Assembly: GCA_047629805.1 (NCBI GenBank)
Contig: JBLHUR010000002.1
Coordinates: 13,201 to 77,200, forward strand
Reading direction: 5' to 3'
Origin: Akkermansiaceae bacterium
Lineage (GTDB): Bacteria; Verrucomicrobiota; Verrucomicrobiia; Verrucomicrobiales; Akkermansiaceae
Length of the DNA stretch: 64,000 nucleotides
Below the pieces are notes generated by a model, which was not told the origin of the DNA, did no database searches, and was given only the letters and a program-made list of their open reading frames with translations. Shown in pieces: positions 19,634-28,215 of the stretch. Numbering within the stretch: position 1 is the first letter of the stretch; the number at the start of each line of letters is the position of its first letter. The position numbers and the translations under genes are program-made.

Positions 19634-20221
19634 TCAGGAACTTATTTCAGCGAACGCAGCCACTCTTCCGCCATCCCGCCATCCCGCCATCCCGCCATCC
19701 CGTGATTCCGTGATTCCGTGATTCCGTGATTCCGTGATTCCGAAAGTTGTGATGGGAAAGAGCCTCCTGCCATTAAAAAATTCACGATAGCTCTCGTGCT
19801 CCAGCCCCTTCAAACTCACAAATCGATAAGTCCCGCTTTTCGACATCCTTTCCGACTCCTCCCTCAGCAAAGGATAACGAAATTCCCGCGCAAATTCTGC
19901 CGCACCCTTCCCATCCCCAATGATTCGCAAATGCGGATTCACCACATCTCCCCTCACCCGATATTCCCCACTTTGAATATCCCAAGTAAAGACCACCTGA
20001 TCCAACTCACTTCCATCCGGCCCGAACCCCACCTCCACAAATCCGTCCCCCTCCTCGTCAAAGCACCGGTAGCCCCACGAGTTTGCCTCCGAATCTTTCG
20101 AGGGATGACAATTATAAATCACCTCCAACAAACATCGTGGGGAACGCTCAATTGTATCCAACAAAAACACCTGAGCTCCCCCCCCGCCACTCCAACTCGT
20201 TGCGGTGCGCGAAACACCCAC
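19634..20221 (-). CDS. hypothetical protein, the body of a probably frameshifted secreted-protein gene whose 5' part lies at 20186-20400 in another frame
   Basis: This 195-aa ORF has only a GTG start and no signal peptide. The upstream ORF 20119..20400 supplies an SD-like GAGGGG, a TTG start and the signal peptide RKARFRRVLLTFLFSLSFLYG. The two frames meet at a G8 tract (C8 on the plus strand, 20178-20185). The C-terminus reads through the octamer repeats. Confidence 0.5.
   Translation of the reverse strand: MGVSRTATSWSGGGGAQVFLLDTIERSPRCLLEVIYNCHPSKDSEANSWGYRCFDEEGDGFVEVGFGPDGSELDQVVFTWDIQSGEYRVRGDVVNPHLRIIGDGKGAAEFAREFRYPLLREESERMSKSGTYRFVSLKGLEHESYREFFNGRRLFPITTFGITESRNHGITESRDGGMAGWRDGGRVAAFAEISS
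19671..19742. repeat. two abutting tandem octanucleotide repeats: (CCATCCCG)x4 then (TGATTCCG)x5
   Basis: Read directly: 19671-19702 is four perfect CCATCCCG units and 19703-19742 is five perfect TGATTCCG units. On the minus strand the block reads (CGGAATCA)5(CGGGATGG)4, about 54 nt upstream of the GNAT start. Confidence 0.97.
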
Positions 20222-20413
20222 GCACGATTCACCGTGACATCCATATCATCAGCTCTAAAGAGCCTCTCAACCTCTTGAAATGCCGTTTCTCCATCCCGAA
20301 GCCTCGTCAGATCAGCATCCAACTTCTCCTTCTCACCATACAAAAAAGACAACGAAAAAAGGAAAGTGAGCAAAACCCGCCTAAAGCGAGCTTTACGCAA
20401 ATCCCCTCACGCT

Positions 20414-22192
20414 TCAAGTCAGCAACTGCGTCTGCGCCAAGAGCCGATAAGTCCCCTCTTTCTCCATCAATTCAGCATGGTTCCCGCTCTCAACAATCTT
20501 CCCGTCCTTCAGAACCAAAATCTTATCTGCGCTCTTCACCGTCGCCAAGCGATGCGCAATGATCAGGCTCGTCCGACCTTTCATCAGCTTATCCAACGCT
20601 TCCTGCACCAAACGTTCACTCTCCGAATCCAGCGCACTCGTCGCCTCATCCAAAAGCAAAATCTTTGGATCCGCCAAGACCGCCCGCGCAATTGCAACCC
20701 GCTGACGTTGGCCACCACTCAGCTTCACCCCGCGAGGCCCCACCTTGGCATCATATCCTTCTGGAAAGGCATCGATAAAGTCATGCGCATTCGCCTTTTT
20801 GGCCGCTTCGATAATCTCCGCCTCACTCGCACCCGGGCGTCCGTACTCGATATTCTCCCGAATCGTTCCACCAAACAAAAGAACCTCCTGCGGCACCACC
20901 GCCATCGCGGCCCGACGTGTCGCCACCGGAATCTCTCCCGCAGGCTTCCCATCAAAAAACACCCCGCCTTGATTCCCCTCATAAAAGCCCAGCAACAGAG
21001 AAAACATCGTCGATTTCCCCGCTCCACTTGGCCCCACCACCGCAACTCTTTCACCAGCCTTCACTTCAAAATCGACCCCGTTTAAGACCTTCGTTTCCTT
21101 CCGCGAAGGATAGGTAAAGACGAGATCCTTGGCCGACATCGCCCCCGTGATCGCTTCCCCTGACTCCTCCCGATTATCTTCAATTTCGTGATTCAAAATC
21201 TCCCGAATCCGCTCCGTCGCACCCTGCGTTTTCTGCAACTGACTCATAATATCCGGCAACGAACCCAACGAAGCTCCCACAAAAATACTGAAGAGAATAA
21301 AGTGCGTGAATTGCTCACTCGTGATTTGGCCCTTCGCCAACATTCCAGCTCCAAACCATACCACCACCGAGATCGTCCCAAAGAGGATGAAGATAATAAA
21401 GCTCACGAACATCGCCCGCGCTTTCGATCCCTTGATCACCGTTCCCAAAAACTCATCGAGCGCACTGCGATACCGCTCCTCCTCAAATCCCTCGTTCGAG
21501 TAAGCTTTCACATCGGCAATCCCTTGCACCGCCTCCTCCGCCACGATGTTACTCTGCGCAAGCTGGTCCTGCGCATCCCGCGACCACTTTCGAATCTTAC
21601 GACCCACAATCGCCACCACCAGAACGACCACGGGAATCATCGCCAGCATGAAAAGCGACAGCTTCACCGAGGCTATAAAGATGAAAATCAAGCCGCCAAT
21701 AAAGGTCACCGACTGGCGCACCATCTGCGGAACGGTCGTGATAAGCGTTTCCTGCAAAATTGCGAGATCCGCCGAAAAACGCGATCCCACCTCACCGGTC
21801 CGCCGCTCCATAAACCAAGGCATCGGCAAACGCACCAAACGCGCAAAAACATCCTGCCGCAAATCACAAAGGGCACTCTCGCCCGCTTTAATAAATCCCC
21901 TCACCCGCCAGTACGCCACAAAAGCCTGAATACTCAAAATAATCAGTAAGGTCGCCACGACCCGATTGATCTGCTCGCTCACCTTCCCGGCATCCACCCC
22001 CTTCTGCATCGCCTCCTGCGGCGATCCAATTAAGCTGCCTAGGTAATAGGGAAACGCCAGCGACAAAGCCCCCGTGAAAAACAAGGCAATCACCGAAGGA
22101 ATAAAGATCTTCCGATATTTCCCGAGGTAGCTGTAGAGACCGAAGGTTTTCTTCCAGTCGATTCGGCGGGATTTCTTTTCCGTAGTTGGCAC
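20414..22192 (-). CDS. ABC exporter, fused permease/ATPase (MsbA/multidrug type)
   Basis: A six-TM N-terminal domain is followed by Walker [24 protein letters not shown] and LLLDEATSALD. Confidence 0.92.
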   Translation of the reverse strand: MPTTEKKSRRIDWKKTFGLYSYLGKYRKIFIPSVIALFFTGALSLAFPYYLGSLIGSPQEAMQKGVDAGKVSEQINRVVATLLIILSIQAFVAYWRVRGFIKAGESALCDLRQDVFARLVRLPMPWFMERRTGEVGSRFSADLAILQETLITTVPQMVRQSVTFIGGLIFIFIASVKLSLFMLAMIPVVVLVVAIVGRKIRKWSRDAQDQLAQSNIVAEEAVQGIADVKAYSNEGFEEERYRSALDEFLGTVIKGSKARAMFVSFIIFILFGTISVVVWFGAGMLAKGQITSEQFTHFILFSIFVGASLGSLPDIMSQLQKTQGATERIREILNHEIEDNREESGEAITGAMSAKDLVFTYPSRKETKVLNGVDFEVKAGERVAVVGPSGAGKSTMFSLLLGFYEGNQGGVFFDGKPAGEIPVATRRAAMAVVPQEVLLFGGTIRENIEYGRPGASEAEIIEAAKKANAHDFIDAFPEGYDAKVGPRGVKLSGGQRQRVAIARAVLADPKILLLDEATSALDSESERLVQEALDKLMKGRTSLIIAHRLATVKSADKILVLKDGKIVESGNHAELMEKEGTYRLLAQTQLLT

Positions 22193-22334
22193 GCCCGTAG
22201 TGAAGCCGCCCCCGACCGTTCCGTCAAATCAGGAGCGACGTCGGACAAGGAAAAAGACTAATAACATCACCAGAACGTAAGGGAGTCTTCAAGATCATTG
22301 ACTTACCCTTACCAAAAGACCTTAAACTCCGTTC

Positions 22335-23096
22335 GTGCAAAAAGGCCGGAGCTTATTCGTAATCATTTTGGCTCTTGGTGCCGGATCGCTTAGCGTTAAG
22401 CGCATCAGCACCTCAGGAAATGCCCAAGGACTCGACCTCCCCGTCGACGACTACGCCAGCGGACCCAAGCGCTTCTCCGCCGTCAAAGCCAAGGTGACCC
22501 CACATCTCAAAAAGTCCTTCCAAGAAAAGGGCCTCACTTGGGGATCCCCCATCTTCATTCGCGCTTTTAAGGAAGAAAAGACCCTCGAACTCTGGGTCAA
22601 GAAAGGGCAAGAATTCACCCTCTTCCGGACCTACCCCATCGCAGCCGCATCAGGAAAACTGGGCCCAAAGCAAAGCGAGGGCGACCGCCAGGTTCCCGAG
22701 GGCTTCTACTTCGTCAAGCCCCACCAGATGAACCCACAAAGCAACTTCCACCTCTCCTTCAACATCGGCTATCCAAATGCCTTCGACAAAGCCCACAACC
22801 GCAGCGGCAGTTTCATCATGATTCATGGGTCCAATGTCTCCCTCGGCTGCCTCGCGATGACTAACGCCAGGATCGAAGAAATCTACACTCTCGCCAAGGC
22901 CGCCTTCAAGAGCGGTCAACCCTTCTTCCGCGTCCACTTCTTCCCCTTCCACATGACCGCGGAAAAGCTCGCTCGTCACACCACAAATTCCTGGCTCCCT
23001 TTCTGGAAAAATCTGAAAACCGGCTACCAATGGTTCGAGGAAAAAAAGAGCCCGCCCAATGTCACCCTCAAAATTCAAAAATATCATTTTGAGTGA
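22335..23096 (+). CDS. L,D-transpeptidase family protein (YafK-like)
   Basis: It has a GTG start and a signal-anchor. The YkuD-type catalytic region is IMIHGSNVSLGCLAMTN. Confidence 0.8.
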   Translation: MQKGRSLFVIILALGAGSLSVKRISTSGNAQGLDLPVDDYASGPKRFSAVKAKVTPHLKKSFQEKGLTWGSPIFIRAFKEEKTLELWVKKGQEFTLFRTYPIAAASGKLGPKQSEGDRQVPEGFYFVKPHQMNPQSNFHLSFNIGYPNAFDKAHNRSGSFIMIHGSNVSLGCLAMTNARIEEIYTLAKAAFKSGQPFFRVHFFPFHMTAEKLARHTTNSWLPFWKNLKTGYQWFEEKKSPPNVTLKIQKYHFE

Positions 23097-23162
23097 TTTT
23101 TTTGAAGCTCGCCTTGTGCGATCCCTTCGTTAGTTTCCTGCCGTTCATTCACCCTATCGAAC

Positions 23163-25508
23163 ATGAAAATTGCACTCGTCCTACTCGGGCTCGCTTCAGC
23201 GTGCCTCGCTCATCCCATCGAATTTCACAACGACCCCTTCCGCCAGCTGGAAGAGGTCTGGCCCACGCCAACGGAATCTCGCATCGCCTCAGGGGCTCCC
23301 GGTCCAAAATACTGGCAGCAACGTGCCGACTACGATCTCAAGGTCACCCTTGACGAAAAAAAGGACCTCCTGACCGGCGACGGTCACATCGTCTACCACA
23401 ACCACTCCCCGCATACCCTAAAGTATGTCTGGATGCAGCTCGACCGGAATAAGTACACCCCCGGCTCGATGGGTCACCAGTCTTCCGAGGCACCCTCTCT
23501 CGGAAAAATGCAGTTCGACTCCTTCGAAGCCCTCCTCCTTAGAGAAAAATTCGACGGTGGCTTCAAAATCGACAGCCTCACCGATGACAAAGGCGGCGCA
23601 CTCAAACATCGTATCGTCGACACCATGATGCGCGTCGATCTCCCCCAAGCTCTCAAGCCCGGCCAAAAATTCTCCTACCGCGTCAAGTGGCACTACACCA
23701 TCACCGACTCCCGCACCTCTTCGGGCCGGAGTAATATGGAGAAATTCGAAAAAGGCGGAAAGCTCTTCGAAATCGCACAATGGTTTCCCCGCGTCTGTGC
23801 CTACACCGATGTCCGCGGCTGGCAAAACAAGGCCTTCCTCGGCCGTGGAGAATTTGCCCTCGAGTTCGGCAACTACAAAGTCGCCATCACGGTTCCTGAC
23901 AACCACATCGTCGCCTCAACCGGTGAATTAAAGAACGCTAAAAACGTCCTCAAACCGGAATGGCAAAAACGTTTAAAGGAAGCAGAGTCCGTCAAGGAAC
24001 CCATGTTCGTCATCACTCCTGCCGAAGCCAAGAAGAACGAAACCACCAAGCCCACCGGCACAAAAACTTGGGTCTTCGAAGCTCAAAACGTCCGCGATTT
24101 CGCCTGGGCCTCATCTAAGAAATTCATCTGGGACGCCGTTCGTCATAAACTCACCACCAATCAAAAACCCGTCTGGGCCATGTCCTTCTACCCGAATGAA
24201 GCAGAGCCACTTTGGAGCAAGTATTCCACCCACTCCATCATCCACACTCTCAATGTGTATTCCAAGTTCACCTTCGATTACCCCTACCCGGTCGCGATCT
24301 CGGTCAACGGCCCCGTCTTCGGCATGGAGTATCCCATGATCTGCTTCAACGGACCTCGGCCCGAAAAAGATGGCACCTACTCCGAGGGCACCAAAAACGC
24401 CCTCATCTCCGTCGTCATTCACGAAGTCGGACACAACTGGTTCCCCATGATCGTCAACTCTGACGAGCGCCAGTGGAGCTGGATGGACGAAGGCCTCAAT
24501 ACCTTTCTCCAACTACTTACCGAGCAAGAATGGCGGGAAAATTACCCCTCCCGCGCCACCCCCCGCAATATTATCTCATACATGATCAGCGAAAACCAAC
24601 GCCCCATCATGACCAATTCCGAATCCATTCTCCAATTCGGCGCCAACGCCTACAGCAAGCCCGCCACGGGGCTCTCCATCCTTCGCGAAACCATTCTGGG
24701 TCGCGAAATCTTCGACGACGCCTTCAAAGAATTCAGCACCCGCTGGATGTTCAAAAGCCCCGAACCCGCCGACTTCTTCCGCACCATGGAAGATGCCGCC
24801 GGGGTCGATCTTGACTGGTTCTGGCACTCTTGGTTCTACACCACCAACCACGTCGACCTCGCCGTCACCTCTTTCATCCGCCACAAACTCGACCTTGGTG
24901 ATCCCGACGAAAAGGCCAAGAAAGCCAAAGATGAGAAGAAAGAATCCGCCGATAAAAACATCGTCGCCGAGGGCAACAAAGACATCCCCAAATACGTCGA
25001 CCAAAACAAGAAGCTCAAGGATTTCTACGACAAGAAAAAGGATCCCAAAGTCACCGACAAACAACGCGATGACTTCAAAAAAATGATCCGCGAACTCAAG
25101 CCGCGTGAACGGAAGCTCCTGAAGACCAAGAAACACCTCACCATCGCCACTTTCGAAAACAAAGGCGGTGTCATCATGCCCCTCCTCGTCGAACTCCACC
25201 TCGAAAATGGCAAGAAAATCACCCAAACCATCCCCGCCGAAATTTGGAAAAAGAACCAGAAAACGGTCAGGAAACTCTTTGTCACGGGAAAGCCCGTCGT
25301 GAAAATTGTCCTCGATCCCCGCGAACAAACTGCCGATGCCGAAAAGGCCAACAACACCTGGCCACCGCAGATCGACGAAGCCCCCTTCAGCCTCAAACCG
25401 AGCAATGATTCATTTAATAACGAAATGAAAAAGGACCGCTCCAAAAAAGCCGCCGAAGCCAAGAAAAAGGCCGAGGAAAAGGAAAAGAAAGAGGCCGCCA
25501 AGAAGTAG
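23163..25508 (+). CDS. secreted M1-family zinc metallopeptidase with lysine-rich C-terminal tail
   Basis: It has a signal peptide MKIALVLLGLASACLA, the zinc motif HEVGHNWF followed by WMDEGLNTF (HExxH-18-E), and a tail KKDRSKKAAEAKKKAEEKEKKEAAKK. Confidence 0.88.
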   Translation: MKIALVLLGLASACLAHPIEFHNDPFRQLEEVWPTPTESRIASGAPGPKYWQQRADYDLKVTLDEKKDLLTGDGHIVYHNHSPHTLKYVWMQLDRNKYTPGSMGHQSSEAPSLGKMQFDSFEALLLREKFDGGFKIDSLTDDKGGALKHRIVDTMMRVDLPQALKPGQKFSYRVKWHYTITDSRTSSGRSNMEKFEKGGKLFEIAQWFPRVCAYTDVRGWQNKAFLGRGEFALEFGNYKVAITVPDNHIVASTGELKNAKNVLKPEWQKRLKEAESVKEPMFVITPAEAKKNETTKPTGTKTWVFEAQNVRDFAWASSKKFIWDAVRHKLTTNQKPVWAMSFYPNEAEPLWSKYSTHSIIHTLNVYSKFTFDYPYPVAISVNGPVFGMEYPMICFNGPRPEKDGTYSEGTKNALISVVIHEVGHNWFPMIVNSDERQWSWMDEGLNTFLQLLTEQEWRENYPSRATPRNIISYMISENQRPIMTNSESILQFGANAYSKPATGLSILRETILGREIFDDAFKEFSTRWMFKSPEPADFFRTMEDAAGVDLDWFWHSWFYTTNHVDLAVTSFIRHKLDLGDPDEKAKKAKDEKKESADKNIVAEGNKDIPKYVDQNKKLKDFYDKKKDPKVTDKQRDDFKKMIRELKPRERKLLKTKKHLTIATFENKGGVIMPLLVELHLENGKKITQTIPAEIWKKNQKTVRKLFVTGKPVVKIVLDPREQTADAEKANNTWPPQIDEAPFSLKPSNDSFNNEMKKDRSKKAAEAKKKAEEKEKKEAAKK

Positions 25509-25524
25509 CGGTCCCTTCCCTACG

Positions 25525-25549
25525 GAGGAGAGGCTCTTAGCCTCTCCTC
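25525..25549. terminator. hairpin between convergent genes (possible bidirectional terminator, no T-tract)
   Basis: A perfect 10-bp stem GAGGAGAGGC/GCCTCTCCTC has a 5-nt loop. It lies 17 nt after the peptidase stop. Confidence 0.45.
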
Positions 25550-25632
25550 ATCACCCTCAAAGGTATGACCTGATCTCACCACAGGCATGACAAAATACCA
25601 GCTGGATCTCCCTCAACCCGAACAACCCGAAT

Positions 25633-27327
25633 CTACTCGTTCCGTAAACGAATCGCCTCGCACACTGCCGGAAAAAGCTGCTTCTTCCGCGACACCACTC
25701 CCGGTGTCGCAAATTCATTAGTCCCGGTCCGCTTGAAGGGTAATTTACTCAGAAGCGACTCCTTCCCCACTGCCAGCAAAATACTGTCATGACGACGAAT
25801 GTCCGTCACCAGAATCGCACAGAGCGCATAGCTCTGTTCATGGCAAAGCCGCTCCAGCTCAGCAAGCAACTCCGCTTTCCGCTCGACCAGCCCTTTGAAG
25901 CTCGTCTCCTCAACCTGTGACAAACTCAAGAAAAGGCCATCTTCATTAAAGTCCTTCCGATCCGTCCCCACAATAGCCTCGGCATCCCCATGTAGAAGCA
26001 AAGAACCCGAAGCAAAAAAGGCTTCCGCAAATTGATCCGCATCCACTCCCGCCAAACCGGAAAGCCAGATCAGCATTTCACCATCCACCTCAGTCGTCGT
26101 CGGCGAGGTCAAATTGAGCGTATCGGAAACCAAGCCGGCACAGAGACACAGGGCCACCGCCGGACTAGGCGCAAGATTCTTCTCCCGAAACCTCCGCGCC
26201 ACAATCGTCGAAGAACTCCCGACAGGCTCGTTAATAAACCTGACCGGATCCCGCGTCACCAAATCACCGGAAAGACGATGGTGATCTAAAATCTCAACCA
26301 CCTTTGCTTCCTCCACGCCCTTCACCGCCTGGGAAAACTCATTGTGATCCACCAGCGACAACCTCGTCCGCGGGGGATCCACCAGATCGGACTTAGAAAA
26401 CACCCCCATCAAACGACGCGTCCCAGCCTCCACCACCGGAAACAAATCCTGCCCCGATGCCGCCACCCGACGACTAAACCGGCTCACCACCTGATTCGAA
26501 GCCAGAGCAATAAAATCATCACTGATAATGTTGCGAACCTTACGTGCACAAAGAGCCAGCTTCACCGTCGTCGCCGTATCGTGGGGACTACGCAGAATAA
26601 TGATTCCCGCCTCCTTCGCTTGTGCCGCAATCTTAGCATCCAGCTCATATCCACCAGTCACCAACAACGCTCTCACCCCATATTCCACCGCTTGCTGATG
26701 CACAAAGGGACGATCACCGCAGATCACAAAATACTTCCCCACCGTCCCCTCTTCCCGGGCCGCTTCCAAACGACGCCCCACCGTATCCTGGCTCGATGCT
26801 CCCACCATCATGATAAGATCCTCTTCCTCCGTGGGTGGAACCACTCCATCCTCATCTCTTGCCCCCAAAGTCGCCCCGATGTTCTCCAGACTCGCGTGCA
26901 GCAACTTCACGTTTCGCCCATCTGTCGCCGGCGGCAAAAGAAGCTGCAAAAGGTCAAGAAAGTGAAGTAACCCTCGGACTTCTCCGCCATTGTTTAAAAC
27001 CGGAACCGCTCGCACCCCGTGATCTACCATCAAACGGTAGGCCATCAAAAAGGTGTCGTCCTGGCGGACTGCAACCACGCTCTTCCGGCAAATCGATCCT
27101 GCCGTCGGACGCACATCATCCACCAGTCGTGGAGCCGGAAGCCCCGCTTTCTCTAGCACAATCTTAACCCGCGGTGGAACCTCGCCACACCGGGCCGCTT
27201 CCACTTCATTCTCGCCAAGAGCCCGCAAATACTCCGCATGACCGATCGCTGCACAAATCGCATCAGCGTCGGGATTTCGGTGCCCCATCACATACCAAGG
27301 CGGGGTCATGACCCGATCAATATTCAC
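25633..27327 (-). CDS. CBS-domain family II (DHH/DHHA2) inorganic pyrophosphatase-like protein
   Basis: It has the DHH N-terminus GHRNPDADAICAAIGHAEYL, CBS and DRTGG-like inserts, VDHNEFSQAV, ILDHHRL and a DHHA2-like C-terminus. The start may be ATG 27309. Confidence 0.82.
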   Translation of the reverse strand: MNIDRVMTPPWYVMGHRNPDADAICAAIGHAEYLRALGENEVEAARCGEVPPRVKIVLEKAGLPAPRLVDDVRPTAGSICRKSVVAVRQDDTFLMAYRLMVDHGVRAVPVLNNGGEVRGLLHFLDLLQLLLPPATDGRNVKLLHASLENIGATLGARDEDGVVPPTEEEDLIMMVGASSQDTVGRRLEAAREEGTVGKYFVICGDRPFVHQQAVEYGVRALLVTGGYELDAKIAAQAKEAGIIILRSPHDTATTVKLALCARKVRNIISDDFIALASNQVVSRFSRRVAASGQDLFPVVEAGTRRLMGVFSKSDLVDPPRTRLSLVDHNEFSQAVKGVEEAKVVEILDHHRLSGDLVTRDPVRFINEPVGSSSTIVARRFREKNLAPSPAVALCLCAGLVSDTLNLTSPTTTEVDGEMLIWLSGLAGVDADQFAEAFFASGSLLLHGDAEAIVGTDRKDFNEDGLFLSLSQVEETSFKGLVERKAELLAELERLCHEQSYALCAILVTDIRRHDSILLAVGKESLLSKLPFKRTGTNEFATPGVVSRKKQLFPAVCEAIRLRNE

Positions 27328-27955
27328 GCCAAAGAGTCAGGCTAAGCGCAACGAAAACCAAGCCTACAATCAAGCCTCCGAATGAAATCCCACGCCAACG
27401 CGCAGGACTCGCTGTCGCCCAACTCACTCCATCCCTGAAAAGGTAGGGCATTCCCACAAAATAGAGCCCCTTGATAATCATCAGGTAACAGAAAAGCGGC
27501 ATGACCCATTGCAGTGGAGCCATCTCCAAATCCGAAGCATAAAGCAAAGGTGCTGCCGCCATCAGCAAACACAATCCCAGCGCGCGCACGAAGAGGAACT
27601 CCCGCACATACATGATCATTCCGATGCAGAAAAGCGGCACCCCAATCATCAAAAACTTCTTTGCCTTGTTAAACTCACCAAGATCCATCGAAAGACTCGA
27701 AAAAATCCCCTTCCCCGGTGGAGCCACTAAAAGCCAGAACCACACCATCCCAAACCCAATCAAATAAGTGCCAACCTGCGAGTTTCGGGGCAACTTGATC
27801 GCGATCTCCTTCGAACGCTCAGGCTTCAAAATCATCAAGCCGTAAAGAACAACCAAGAATAGTCCAAGAACGAGTCCTGCGGTGCTCAGCAAAATTTCCT
27901 GATACGGATGGGGGCCGGGTTTCATGAGCCGCCAAGCTAAGTTCCCCACCTTCAC
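27317..27955 (-). CDS. polytopic membrane protein, hypothetical
   Basis: It is 212 aa with about 6 hydrophobic segments. It is co-directional with the pyrophosphatase gene and overlaps it by 11 nt. Confidence 0.7.
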   Translation of the reverse strand: MKVGNLAWRLMKPGPHPYQEILLSTAGLVLGLFLVVLYGLMILKPERSKEIAIKLPRNSQVGTYLIGFGMVWFWLLVAPPGKGIFSSLSMDLGEFNKAKKFLMIGVPLFCIGMIMYVREFLFVRALGLCLLMAAAPLLYASDLEMAPLQWVMPLFCYLMIIKGLYFVGMPYLFRDGVSWATASPARWRGISFGGLIVGLVFVALSLTLWREY

Positions 27956-28215
27956 GGTAAAGGCTTAAATCATCCCAAAACCGCCATATGAATGCTTTCA
28001 GATTACCGAGAGCTTGGCGGATGGATTTCAAACCACCAATCTCCACCAATCTTCACAAATCCGAAGAGGACGAGAGCATTAAGCCCCCACAACCAAGCTA
28101 ACCAAGTCAAGCTGCGTGAAAATGGGTGATGACGGCGTCCCCCGAATGGGTATTCGTGGTTTCATTCCCCGAACCCGCAAAGCCCTGCCAAAGCCTCCCC
28201 AAAGCACCTCATACC

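Noticed and set aside
19671-19742. The tandem repeats as a CRISPR array.
   Set aside because: The units are 8 bp with no spacers, and no cas genes are present. This is a microsatellite-like tandem repeat.
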